DNA of 32,000 nt from Wallemia ichthyophaga EXF-994 (lineage: Eukaryota > Fungi > Basidiomycota): positions 120,001-152,000 of the forward strand of contig NW_008806287.1 of the NCBI RefSeq assembly GCF_000400465.1, read 5' to 3'. Position 1 is the stretch's first letter. The number at the start of each line of letters is the position of its first letter. Below the pieces are notes generated by a model. That model saw nothing but the letters and a program-made list of their open reading frames with translations, made no database searches and was not told the DNA's origin. The translations under genes and the position numbers were made by a program. Below, in pieces: positions 1 to 13,804 of the stretch.

Positions 1-1167
1 GTGTATGTAGAACTATAATTCCATTATTTAATTTTAATTGAGAGATATCGGTTGATTGCAAAATGCGAGGAAGAGTATCCAGAAGAATTTGAGGACTAAT
101 TAGAGCCAAACCTCTACTTCTATTCCAGGCGCACCAAAGGGTATCTAATGTGATGATAGATTTGTAATTTTGAGCGAATAAATTTGTTAAAATAATTCGC
201 AACTCGTTGTAGTATAAAGATGAATAGTCGTCGTCTTGATTGGATTGGTCGAGTGAAATAGAGTTGAAAGATGAAGTGAGGAATTGATTGATATTATTTG
301 AATTGTTTGGTAAATGCTTAGATAATTTTTGCGAAATTCTGAGTAATTCGTCTGCTTTAAAAAATAAAGTGTCTAGATCTTTAAATGATTGATTCAAATC
401 TGATTGATTTGTATTTGATTTACTATCGACTGACTTTAGTATACCGCTAATGCCAGCCATGTTATTATTATCAGTAGTGATGTCATCGAAATCATCATTC
501 AACCAGCATTTAAAGTTCAATGAGACAGACAACTTGTTATAAAAGTTTGAGCCATCGCCCGATCTGAAGCTGAGTTTGATGAAGTTGATATCATCACTCT
601 GTTGTTGGCTCAACCTGGTTGATTTCAAAGGCTCTTCACATATTTCGCATATTTCCATTGAAGGGTGGTTATCGAAAGTGCAAGATCTACACCTTGTTGA
701 TGAAATTTCATTTGTTGAAGATTCTATTAAATCTTTTTTAGTGATTTTAACGCCACATAATTCACAAGTTTGACTAGATGACGGATTCCTATATGAGCAA
801 ATTGAGCAAACCAAGACTGAATCACTGGCTTTGCTATTATCGTTATTGAAATTTATTGTAACTTTAGGTGAAGATTTCAAGAATCCGCTGAAATATTCAG
901 TTTTACGAATTGACTTTAATTCCAAGTAAAACGACTTGGATATCGAATCGACTGTGTCTAAATAAAAAATTCTAAAGTTTGTTAAATATATTCTGCCGAG
1001 CTGTCTATCTTTGTCTTTCTCTTTGCTATGCGCTGTCAAAGCAGTACACGATAACGATAATCCACTCACTTCTTATAAACACCAACATTTTCATTCTTAA
1101 AAATAATTTTCTCGTTTTTCATCAAGTAAGCGTTTATAACTTTGGAGTTTATTGGGACTGCTTGCAT
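1..1167 (-). CDS. VPS36: ESCRT-II subunit Vps36 (GLUE domain with NZF zinc fingers); 3' end runs off the window
   Basis: Manual minus-strand translation from ATG 1167: MQAVPINSK...VGVYKN|KEKDKDRQLGRIYLTNFRIFYLD...FSGFLKSSPKV (GLUE domain). It then gives CRSCTFDNHPSMEICEIC (NZF), IKLSFRSGD, AGISGILKS...FKDLDTL and WCAWNRSRGLALISP. One GT-AG intron lies near the 5' end. Not in the ORF track. Confidence 0.9.
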
Positions 1168-1219
1168 TTCAGATTAGATGAATGTTATGCAGAAAGAACT
1201 TCAACAAATACAATAATAT

Positions 1220-3606
1220 TCATACAATTTCTAATTGTTTTAACCTTTTTGTTAAAATAACAGCTTTGTCCTCATCTAGACTCGTTATTGATATTCCATC
1301 CAATACCTTTAATGTATTGCATACGCTCTTCATTATTCCCCTGTAAGCTATACGCTTTATATAATCTTCATCCTTCATCTCCATCTCTACGTACTCCTTG
1401 TCCATCTTTATCCACTCTTCCACTTTCTCAATGCTCTCACTTCTCCGTTTCACTCTAATTGCAGGTATCGCAACCGCATACTTGGTCCTTTCATCTTTTA
1501 TATCAACGTAGTACTTCCTAGTACATGGGTTGTCCCTCAAATCTAGCACTTCCAACTCTATTAAACTGCTAATCACCTCATACGCTATATCGATATTTTC
1601 AATATCACATCGATTGATGCTTAACCTTTGTAATCTATTCAGATTCGTTAGCGTTTCAACATCCTTAATTGGATTCATATTTATGTTCAACACCCTCAAA
1701 TTTGGGCATACTTCGGAGAAATTCTTTGGTAACGCTCTCAAACCACAATTTGCTATCTCCAAGTACTCCAAATGGTAACAACATTCCGCTGGAAACGTTT
1801 CAGGTAAATTGTTTCCACTCAGGTAAAGCCTCTTGATATCCCTTATATCCTTCATCGATAATTCAAAGTATTCCCCTTTTTGCTCCCTACACGATAGGTT
1901 CTCCAGCTTTTTCAATTCACTTATTCCAGATAGCGCACTTAGTTTGTTGTTGTCTATGAATAGAGTTCTGACTTTCGTTACCATTCGAACGTCTAGCGTT
2001 TTAAGTCTGTTATTTGAGACTCTCAACACTTTCAAATGATCAAACTTTGCGTTCAACTTGAGCTCTTTCAAAAAGTTACTATCCAAAGAGAGGAATGACA
2101 AATTCTTGAGCTCTTCAATGCCCCGAATGCCGATTATTTCATTATTACTCAAATCCATATATTCTATTTCTTGCCATTGGTAATTACTAAAATCTAGCGC
2201 ATGCAAAACATTTCTCGAAACTGAAAGCTTTTGAAGTCCTTTGATGCCATCTAGTCCTTCAAGACTATGTAGTTTGTTATCGTCAAGGTTCAAATGACGT
2301 AAATGTAATAAAGACTTCAAAGCTATGAACTTGATTAGACACTTTGACATCAAAGTCCGCTAGATTACCTACGTTTAACACACGTGATCTTATTCTTTGA
2401 TAAATCTAGATATTGTAGATTTCCAGCTTCGAGGCCAATTTGAACGAGTGATTGAATACTTCTGTTACAAAAGCTAGCTTTTGTTGCCAAGTTTAAGTTT
2501 ATTTCTTGGGTGATATCCTGATTCGATAACTCGCTCAACGTTCGATGAAATAAGCTAGAAGAATCAGGTCTAGATAAGCTGTCTGATCGAAAGAACTCAG
2601 ACGCAGGTGATGATTTTATCATTTCGTTTTGACTATTTGAATTGAAAACATTTCTAAGAGCCTCCTGATTTTTGAGACTCGACTTTCTCAGAGATTTTGG
2701 TGAAGGGTGTTTGAAAGAGACCGAGCGCAAAGGTGTATTTGTAGACGAGCCTTTAAAAGCTGAACGACGATTGAGTGAGTTTCTCAAAGATGATTTTGGC
2801 TCTTCACCTAAACTCTCTATTCCTTCAAAAGGATCAGCATCGGAATCTGAATCGTAGAAACCTGATCTTGGTAGCCATTTTTTCAGATGTCTATCAAAGA
2901 CATAATTCCCATACTCTTCTTTGTACGGATAATCGTTTGGTTCAACGAATTTCAATGAGGTAGGACCCGGAGCTTTTTGACAAGTAAATTGTGATAACTT
3001 CGAAGTAGAAGGGGTTGCTGAATGATACACTTGAATTGAAGGTTGATTAAAGTCGTTGTGTGATTTTGATTTTGGTATAAAGCTCATATCAAAGTGATTT
3101 GGATCACGTAACTTGAGGAGGCTGATATCATCGTTCACAGGAGTTGAAGTTTTGAAAGGGGAATTGTCACTATCATTGAATCTGAGTAAGTCCATGAACT
3201 GATTAGCTTCCTTCAAGATGTCCCTATCAGATTTATGAGATGGCTCAAAGAGTGAAAGATCTTTGATGGATGAAGTGAGATTATCTGAGAGTTTTAATTT
3301 CTTCTTTGCTTGCTCAGTTTGTAAGGAATTTGAGCTGCTATTTGACGCGATATCTAACTCATCGACTAAAGCGTCGATATTGGTTTGACCGAACAGTGAT
3401 TTCGTAGGAGATTTTAATAAGTTATCAGAACTCTTTATAGTGGAATTAAACGTGAATTTAAAGTTATTGAATATATTCTCCAGATCCAGGCCATTTGAAC
3501 CTTTTGATTTCACCAGGGAGTTACTTGACTTTATGGAGTTCTTATGGGAATTTGATGACTTTGAGCCCCAATTCACTGATAAGTTTTCATCCTCAATATC
3601 ATCCAT
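1220..3606 (-). CDS. NUD1: Leucine-rich-repeat protein, Nud1/Cdc11-like SIN/MEN spindle-pole-body scaffold
   Basis: ORFs 2365-3606 and 1220-2353 join through a 50-nt intron (2323-2372, GTAGGT...CTAAT...CATAG), giving LDLSKNKITCVKPLKSLLHLRHLNLDDNKL. The N-terminus is Ser-rich and carries GNYVFDRHLKKW. The LRR array ends in LDLRDNP...RIAYRGIMKSVCNTLKVLDG. Confidence 0.8.
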
Positions 3607-3713
3607 AATCGGACGCTGTCTTGCTTATGACTTCAAATCCTCGAACTTGAATGTTTGGTTTTAAGAATGTTTCATAAATTATTATCCTCTATTAATTTTA
3701 CATTTACTCTCAT

Positions 3714-5576
3714 CTACCTTTTTCCTTTCGAAACCTTTATTTTACGCTTCTTTTCAGATTTCGGTATCTTAGTCTTACGCTTTTCACGCTTTTCATCCTT
3801 CATTGCTTGCTTACGCTCCTTCTTTGTATCTTTGTCCTCATGTTTCTTGCCTCTAGGTGCTCTCTCCTTCCATTCACCCTTGTCTCCATCTTCGCTATCA
3901 CTCTCACTATCACTACCTTCATCTTCACTACTCATATCACTTGTATTATCATGATTTATCTTATCATCTTCATCATTACTGCTCTCAATGTTCTCGGCTG
4001 GACGCTCATTCGCTTCAGTTACACCAGTCGTTGTTCCATATATCAGATCAGCTCCTTCACCACGCCTTATCTTCTCAGCATCACGCTCAGGGTCAATGAC
4101 CTGGTCTAAAGTTCTTGGTATGTAAGATTGAAGGAATACTGCATCATCTTGCTTAATTTTTTCGTCTTCCTTGCCATTTTGATCGAAATCTTTGATTGCT
4201 CTTTCGATCCAAATCTGTAATTCTTGGTAGAGAACTTGGTCTTCTTCAACTTGGCCGATACTAGGACGCTCTCCCCAAGTGGGATTCTTTTCAAGACTTT
4301 CACGAGTGACGTATTCGAAGCTGTCCCTCAGTGATAGTGTCTCGACACCACGTTTTGAGAAAAAGTTCTCAATATTTCGCAAGTCTGAACGCAGAAAGTC
4401 GAATGCAGCAGGATGCTCTTGCTCAACTGATTGAGAGACATCAATTATATATAGTTGTGAATTATGATATCTGTGTTCGACGTCAGTTGAGTCAGTTGAA
4501 TCCTATAGTGATTGAAGACAACTTACAGAATATTGTATTCAGATAAGTCAGCATGTACAAGCCTGCAAGCTCTGTACATTTTCCTTACATTGACCATGAG
4601 CTGAGCATAAAGTTTTGGCAATTTAGATGAGGCGATTTGAGCATCTTTGAGTCTTGGTGAAGCCCATCCATCTTCTGTACCAAAGAACTCCATAATTAAA
4701 ACGTTTTCCCTGACTTCTATTGGTTGAGGACATGGCAAACCTTGATCCCAAAGTCGTTTGAGGTTCCTCATTTCCTTTTCTGCCCATAATCTCACCATCT
4801 TACGAGGGTTACTTTTGGCATAGCCTTTCCTGAATCTAAATTCTCCGCTGACATAACGATCACGGTCTTTAAAGACCAAAATAGAAGTTTTGTAGATCTT
4901 GATTGCCAATTGTATACCTTGACGATCTCTTTGCAGAGAGGGAGCAGAGCCATGATAGACATTTGCCTTTAGAGGTAGTCAGTTGGTGTATACGAGCGAG
5001 AAGGAAAAAGCACCTCTTTACCAGTGCTCAAGCAACCATTGATCTCAGATACGACACCGCGGTTGATCATTTTCAAAAGAATAAGACGAGTTCTTGGATC
5101 GAGTACTTGCTCAGTTGTAGCTCTATCGCTTTTGTCCTTCTCTTTAGATTTCTCTTTGGTGTACGGTGCCAGATTGATCTGCTGAGAGAACCTGGAGTTG
5201 AGAGAAGAGAGTTGATCTGGATGTGAGTGATCGTTGGATTGATCATTTGGAAGAGCGGCAGAATCATCACCGCCATCAGTCTTCTTTAGTGTAGACTTTG
5301 ATTTAGCGTGTGACTGCTTGATATGAAGTACTTGATTCTTTAGCTTGTTATATTGCTTGGTAAAGTCTGCGATTTGATTCATATCGTTTCATTCTTTTGC
5401 TTTAAAAACTTACCACCGCCTGCACCTTCCCAGTCCTGGTTGTCGATAATATCCGCGCTATCGTCAAACTCATCCAATGAATCGTCAGATCTATCCGATA
5501 ACTCATGACTGGAATCATCGATGTAAGTCACAGATTCTTCTCTCTCTGTTTCGTATGTACGTTCTCGTGAACCCAT
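3714..5576 (-). CDS. RIO1: Atypical Ser/Thr kinase Rio1 (40S maturation)
   Basis: Spliced ORFs contain GCLSTGKE|[40 protein letters not shown] and [12 protein letters not shown]. The C-terminus is acidic then Lys-rich ([16 protein letters not shown]). Confidence 0.95.
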
Positions 5577-5618
5577 AAGGCGATGATGGTTGATAAGACG
5601 TTGTAAATTTAAACAAAA

Positions 5619-6644
5619 CTAGTGGATATATTTTCTATATAAGTATCTGCTTAAATGGTATCTACGATGACTGTATTCGATCATAAACAAAATGGTGACC
5701 AAGCTAATTGCTGTCATCATTTTCTTGGCTGTGAATACTTTGGCCATCTTCTTAAGCAGCTCCATAAGCTTACTTGACTGGTCCTGGCGACTGTTTATTT
5801 TGCTCAAAGACTCTAAAACCCTTTCAATTTTGGCTTCAATCGCCTCTAAACGTACTTGAACGGCGGTGAAATCTTCAACATGAACATTATCACTGTCTTC
5901 TGATTTAGGCGTAACTTCAGCAACGCTGCTTGAAGGTAGAATTGCTCCTCGTATACGCTTGTTCGTATACTTGCTCAGGCTATGTGAATAAGTTTGAGGC
6001 AACGATCTTGTTGAGTCCCAAGCCAATTCCATGTCATTGCCTTGCTTTAACTTGCCTTGTGGAATTGGATCAGACTCTGTCACGGATGGAGGAACGATGA
6101 GGCGCAATGATGGATTATCAGCTGAGCCTGATGAATCTGAACTGGTTTCTGAGACTGCTATTGCTAATTTATTAGAGCTTTAGATGAAAACTTACTCCCC
6201 GCTTACATCGATCGTCATCTGTGATAGGCTGACGCAATTTAAGAAGTAATTCGACACCTGTTGCTTTATCGCTGTGCCTTTTGAGAATCTGATTTCGCAT
6301 TAGCTGTGCTGATGTAAAGCCTACCTCCCTCACTTTCTTCAAAGTCTCATTGTACAAGTACTTGGCTTCAGATGAACTAAGTTCCTTCTGTGTTGACCAT
6401 GCGTCCCACTTTGCCCTTTCGAGCATGTTAAATATACTTGGTCTACTGCCATTGACGTTACCCTCTGTTGCTGCAAAATAAGCGTTAACTCGTTCATAAA
6501 GAACTTCGTTTGCCAACCTTGCTTGAAGAGGCTGTACATGTTGAGCTTCTCTTCGTAATTTGTCTGTATAGGACCATCCCTCGGTAATTCTTGCACGATT
6601 CCAACCGCTCTGTCGAATTGTAAATCAATTCCGCCTAACGCCAT
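5619..6644 (-). CDS. Acyl-CoA-binding-domain protein with C-terminal coiled coil and transmembrane segment (ACBD4/5, Atg37-like architecture)
   Basis: MALGGIDLQFDRAVGIVQELP...KLNMYSLFKQ|ATEGNV...RAKWDAW is an ACBP domain. Three introns lead into ORF 5619-6107, which has VRLEAIEAKIERVLESL (coiled coil) and MMTAISLVTILFMI (hydrophobic tail). Confidence 0.85.
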
Positions 6645-6736
6645 TGTGGTGATCAAGATAGCACTCACGAGCACGCAGGCTTTAAACTGAAATATAATAA
6701 ATACATCCGTTTCAATAAATATTTTCAATAATATCA

Positions 6737-8536
6737 TTACATGGTTAACGCTGGGCATCCCATTATCTGCGTGCCAGGCTTCAGTCGGGTCAGCTAATGC
6801 AAATCATGTCAAAGGCAACTTACCTTTCGTGTACAGTCTTTAGTTACTAACAAGCAGCCAAAGCAAGTTATTTTTATTAACTCCGGACAAGTTTCAACAA
6901 ACTCCTTCATTACGGAGTCATCTGTCTGTCTGCACCAACTAATATCAACCTCTCTGATCTTTGGAATCATTGAAGGTATTTTTAGAAGGAAATCTTTTGA
7001 GATATCCTTTAACTTATTTAGATTCAACAATTCGATCGTTGGTCCAATCTTGTTCAAAATCGTCTCTAGACATTTGTCGTTGATGACATGATTCAATGAT
7101 ATGTCCAATTGCTTTAACCCGATATTGTTCCATTGCTTGAATAGGTCCTCGAAGCCAGAATTATCGATCAAGTCGCAACTATTCAGATTAAGAATCCGCA
7201 GATTCGGACAGTATAATCTGATGCCATTGGTAAGTAGCCCATTGTCCAAGTCAGAATTTTTAGACAAGTTGAGCTCTTCAAGACATTGACCAACATTGGA
7301 AAGTAAATTGACAATGGCCTCCGATGTGACATTACCCTCAACTTGGACAATTTCTAAATTTTTAAGATTTTTCAATCCATTTAAGTGATCAACACCCTGA
7401 TTTTCCATCTTGATTTGAGATATACTAAGTACATTGAGCTTTTTGCAATTCCTTCCAACTGCTTCTACACTGCTTTGATCAAAGTGTGGACATTCAGAAA
7501 TTCTGAGCGATTGTAAAGAGCTGCCAATAGTATTTAGGAATTCGATCCATCCATCTGACTTAACGAGGTAGGCACCATGAACATCTAAGTGTTGTAAATT
7601 TCTAAACCTTAAACACCAATCTTTGATAACGTCGTTATTTAATTGACCAGCAAAAGCTATTTTTAACCGAGAGATACTTGGACAGAGAGTTGCTATAGAT
7701 TTTAGACATTCAGGATTAAGGTTCGCAGCATCGTAAAGAGACAGTGTGTCTTGATGACTGCCAAGAAATAGTTGAACCGTCTTGTAGTTAAGACTGCGAT
7801 TCTTTGATAGGACTTTTGCTATCGTATCTGTTGCATCACCGCCAATTTCACCGAGATTTTCGACGTAATCGATGTTAGCAATGATGACTTTAATAGAATA
7901 ATCGGCTAAGGATGATAAAGGTTTTGAAGATTCAACTTTAGGCGCAATTCTCTTTTCTTTTTGAGCAGGTTTTTTGGGCTTTGGTTTTGATTGAGCTTGC
8001 TTGAAGGGATCAATACCGTGGGCAGAGGTACACTTTGGACAGAGAACACCGATACCGTCTGGACCCGTTGGAGTATACTTTGTCTGTAAAACATTTAAAA
8101 GGGAAAAGACGTGAGAAGAAGAAAACTTACGATAATAACCTTTGATTGACATTCGATGCACGAAGTCTTACTGCCGACGCCACCAGCTGAAGAGCTTTGA
8201 GACTTTGAAGGAGCAGTGTAAGGATCGTCTTGCTCAATTTGAGGATTAGACTTTTGACGCTTCAAAGAAGGCTGAATGGGATCGTCGTCAAGGTCTTCAG
8301 AGTCAGAGCGGTGATGTGGGATTGGTGAGCGAGAAGTGGTTGGTTGAGGTGGAGGATTCTGTTGAATTTCACGCTGTTGACGCCTATAAGGATCGCCAGT
8401 GGGGCCAGTAATGCCTTGTTCTAGAAAGCAATTGAGGAGGAAAGGAGAAAAGAAAAAGCCAAGACGAACCTCTCAAAAAAGAAGTCAAAGCTGAAGTAGG
8501 GCCTCTGACGTTGTTGTTGTTATTTCTTCTGCTCAT
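6737..8536 (-). CDS. RAD7: Nucleotide excision repair LRR protein Rad7
   Basis: The N-terminus is MSRRNNNNNVRGPTSALTSFLR, the Rad7 signature. A CxxC...CxxC motif and an RNI-like LRR array follow (ORF 6809-8161). A final intron leads to PGTQIMGCPALTM-stop at 6737. Confidence 0.9.
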
Positions 8537-8579
8537 CTGGGTAGATAACTGTTGATCAAAGACGACCAACTGTTGCGAT

Positions 8580-9604
<1,025 letters not shown>

Positions 9605-9840
9605 TTTTATTGCTTTAATGCATTACTTTACTTCTATTGTGTAAAAGCTTATTCCTACACGGGTCAACTTACGTCTGAGCCTTTTTTGTTTGTAAGTTTG
9701 CTGATATACCCGTGAGATAGACTTGAATCGACTTAGAAGCAATTCTTCTCGAATAGGGAATTTCACACTCTTCTAAAACTCTGGACATTTATAATTTCTA
9801 TGTACTCTCTAAAGTGCTAGGTATACCACTATCGCATTTT

Positions 9841-12496
9841 GCCCAAAAACTTCCGACTTGAATTTATTTCTAACGACTTTTTAAACTCTCCAGATAAATT
9901 GAAAAGCTTGATCATGACGTGCGCGTATCTAATCATGACATTTTGGCACAAGGATTTGCGAAAGTCTTGGAGCGACTAGGATCTACGTTGATAATTTAAA
10001 GATAGCTGCAGAAAGGTTAAATATACTGTTGATATCGAATAATTTAAACATGCTTCTCCGATAATGCAAAGTTGATCGGCAGTGTCCTAAGCTAATAATA
10101 TCACGTAAATCAATAAGAGAGCTAGTTTGAGCGCACAAAAAATGTATTATACGAGGACTATGACTAGAAACACAATATTACTGAACAAACACTTTTCTTA
10201 AGTGTTTGTTATAGAGAGTTACAATCAATTCGAGTTATGAACTCACATGGACCATTAACTAGCGACTACGTGAGAGAAGGCAACCGGTGATCTATATTTT
10301 ATGAAACACTAGATCGACACAGCGATCTTGAAATTTTGACGCAATGCTTGGCATTTCCACTCCGCTAATAAGAAGAAGTCATCGAGATTACTCAGGTAAT
10401 TTTTCATTAGGAATCGCATAACTTTGGTAAATCTTCATAAACTTGAAACTTCGAAGAACTTTGTGATTTCTATTTTTAAACTAGGCGATTCCAAATACGT
10501 GTAAATTCCTCAAAGAAAAGCTAAGTAATTCCAGAAAGTAAAACATTGACATCTAATACTAGATCAAAAATTTACGCAGACATAAAATATCTCAAGCTTA
10601 TTTCCGTAAAATTTCAAGTAATGAAGTATAATCCGCTTTCTTTTTTTGTCGAATTGTCACTAATAGATTAGTGTTTGCAACTTGTTTAAATGTATCTTAA
10701 AAACAACTGTTTAGAAATTGTTTAGAGATAGCTTGGTAGATGCTATATTTCTCTGTAACCTTAATGATTGTATTCGTACTATCTGTTAATTTGTTGTACA
10801 AGCCATTCCTCAACCCAGCAGCCAGACACTTATAACATCTGTTTAATTGTTCATTGAAGATGAAAGTATTTGACTGTAAAATATATTATCGACAAAAATT
10901 TAAGAGATTATAAGAATTTTTGGTGGGTGCTAAGGTAGGGGAAAGTATGATAAAAGAAAGTACAACTGCATTTAGACTGTATTCTCACTAATCATCAATC
11001 TAATACCACTCCTCAATAAGGGATCGACCGGAAGACCCCGAGGTATTGAACGCACCAGTGTGCTTAACCGAAAACAGGGTAAACCAAAAATGGACCAGAT
11101 TAGCAATACATTCGACCCAATTTATACTCTCAAATCAAGCATTATCAGTAAAAATTACAATCAGACAACACCTACTAACCATAATGTATGTATGAAGTTA
11201 GGTTAAACTGTTAAGCAGCCAGAATAGAAAGTTCTTAAAACACTTTAAACTTTAAAAATACTGGTAAACGTTCTAATCAGAACCGCAACACCCCCACTAT
11301 TCATATTATTAAAAAATGCGTGCATTAATTAAAGGTACAATAGTAGTAGCGTTAAGAGTTACACCATTTGGAAAACGTTTGGTTCCTTTGTGTTCTAGAA
11401 ATGTTGAATTTGGAGTGAAAGTGAGGTGCTTGATGAGGTGCAATTTGACGTATTAGTGCCATCGCAGGTACAATTCAGGCTGTAGTTTCATATATCTTCA
11501 TGCGAGAAGACGATGTAAAGTCCGCATTTGACCATCTTACTGTCTCTTCCTAGTATTAACGTCCTAATATGCGGCGTGTATGATATGTCTTCGTCAGAAG
11601 AAGTAAGAACTTTTTGAAGAAAATGATTGTCAACCAATATCTGTCAAATTTCCTATGTTTGTCGATTGAGGTTATTCTGTAATTATCTAGAATAAACTGT
11701 TAACCGGATTAAACCTTACTTTGAAGTATTTAGCAGTTTTCTTATCTTTGCAACAAAAGCTCTAACTCTGAAATCCCTAAAATTACTTCATTAAAGATTA
11801 GCTGGGTGGAAAGACAGGCCATGCTCCCGAACTAATGACGCATGTTGTGGACAGTTTAAGGTTCAGATTTGTTACTGGGGTATGAATGTCTGTGCAATAC
11901 TGAAATGTAGGAGAAAAACAGGATGCTTTCAGACAAAATAAATTGGATCTAGGCCGTCCTATGGTACTCAGGGAAGTGAGTCTTGAAAGTTTATCCGTCA
12001 AGGCAGCCGGAAAGAAATGATAGAAGGATATAAGGCGATAATGGGAAAGCTAGAAACTTTGTAATGAATAAAATCGCGTAGCAATTATTTTGATTTTTCA
12101 ACTGAGATAAAACGTAGTCGACCAAAAGACATCATCTATCAATTAAAGAATTAGGCTAATAAAAACATCCCGCGCAGTCGACAAGCCCGCTCGGTGTACA
12201 CAAGAAGTTCAGAAACACTTACTTTACAGCGGAAATACACTAGTCCGACCAAAGCGTGGTTGAAAGTAATAAAATTGAGACGTCAGAGAAATAAGAGCAG
12301 GACAAGAACATCTCTGATTGAAGTTCCTGCCATCCCAACGAAGATAGGTCAATGCAGTAAATTTAAAGCAATAATCAATGGTCCAGCCCAGGAGTCATGC
12401 CTTACACAAGTTTATATCAAAGAAGCAGAAAAAACTCAATGAGCAAATTGATCTGAATGAGGACACTTCCAAGCCCTAAGCTTTCATCTGATAGCA
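9841..12496. repeat. Left arm of a 2,656-bp near-perfect inverted repeat
   Basis: Position i pairs with 26301-i along the whole arm. Comparing all lines against the reverse complement of 13805-16460 gave only two mismatches (11934/14367 and 12488/13813) and no indels. Confidence 0.99.
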
Positions 12497-13804
12497 AAAA
12501 AAGTTATAGCACGGAAATAATGAAAATTCGTGGCCGTCCAAAAAGAATATTATAAAACGAAATGCTTAAAAAAAAAAACAAAAGTATCGCTAATGGCATT
12601 ATGATTTAGCTGTTTAATCAGTAATACAAAGTTTCTTCCCAAAAATTGGAACCGAATCTTAGCTTAGAATAAGTAAAAGCCCAAGTACTCTTTGTTTCTC
12701 AGTATTTTAAAACTCAACCCAAGCCAAGCTAATGAAGGACTACATCATCCTAAGGCAGATACGCTGTTAAAGACTTTAGACTCTTTTTATAAACACGCTT
12801 TTTATTTTCGGAGAACGAGAAAGTCCTTTTTCAATTTAAATTTAAATGTCCGCTGATTTTAAAAAGTTGGCCAAAATTATATATACATTATCTGTCTTCT
12901 GTTAGTCTTTGAAAAGAAAATACTTTCGGGAAAAGTGTTACCCACGCTAAATTCAACGGTCAGATTGTAAAAATACGACCTTTCTATTACTTTGAAATAA
13001 TGCTCACCCAAACTTAACTATGTCAAAAATCGCAATATCCTACATAAATTGATATGAACATGAATTTTGAATGAAGGAAATTGCTAAAGTTACTTCTAAG
13101 TTAGAGATTTAAGATTGAGGAACTTTATTGGCTTCGGAGAGCATAGTAAATTGGGAAAACCCGGCAAAGTGACAAAAATTAGGTTTCACTGAAAAATTAT
13201 CAAAGTAAGCTTTGACCAAATTGACATAGTGAATAGACTGTTACGGGCTTGCCAATCGTAGATCTAACCTGTTTGACAGTTTTTCTCAGAAGTTAAGGTT
13301 TGGGTCATTGAAGTTGCCTGTTTAGTTTTGATAAGAATTAAAGTTTCGACATCTAGTCTATGAACACTATGATCAGGAATATAAAAGGCGTAGCTACCCC
13401 AATTGTAAGGAATACCATGCATTTCAGCTAGATATGTTCAATATCGATCGATTCACGCGTTTGAAAGATTTTTTAATTTTTTGTCTTTTTCCTTCGAGCT
13501 TGGTAACACGGTTGATTCCAATTTATTTAAAGACCTATCATAAAAAGACAACTATGTTGACAGTACAGGTTCATTACGACTTGAGCGCATTATTACAAAT
13601 TCCATATCCTATTTTTTTACCGTATTGAAAGAATACTCGTTCGTATTCTTTGAAGCTCACAGCAAATACTATTATGAGATTGATTTCCTATGATTTAATT
13701 GTTGACAATCATCCAAATGTGGAGGAAGCTCAATGTTTACCTTAGATCAAATATGCGAAATGATGGTTAAATTTTAATCATAGATGGTTAAAATTATTTA
13801 CCCC
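12497..13804. other. Unique AT-rich non-coding spacer (central core) between the inverted arms
   Basis: 1,308 bp at about 32% GC (hand count 402 of 1,260 bases over 12541-13800). It has an A11 tract near 12568, T-runs and no credible ORF. Arm homology stops abruptly at both inner edges. Confidence 0.95.

Noticed and set aside
3655-5276. Numerous 60-110 aa plus-strand ORFs antisense to RIO1, and similar ones antisense to NUD1, RAD7, the transcription factor and DUS1
   Set aside because: These are shadow ORFs of real genes on the opposite strand, with biased composition and no motifs.
12116-12255. Three GTC(C)GAC(C)AA-like words about 60 bp apart in the arm
   Set aside because: The intervening sequence shows no periodic similarity, and the matches are too short to call a tandem repeat.
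13434-13628. 64-aa ATG ORF in the core
   Set aside because: Short, with F/L/I-rich composition typical of random AT-rich DNA and no homology recognised.
12497-13804. Mating-type flip-flop cassette or invertible promoter
   Set aside because: The invertible core contains no genes and lies more than 2.8 kb from any start codon. No homeodomain, pheromone or receptor genes are in the window.
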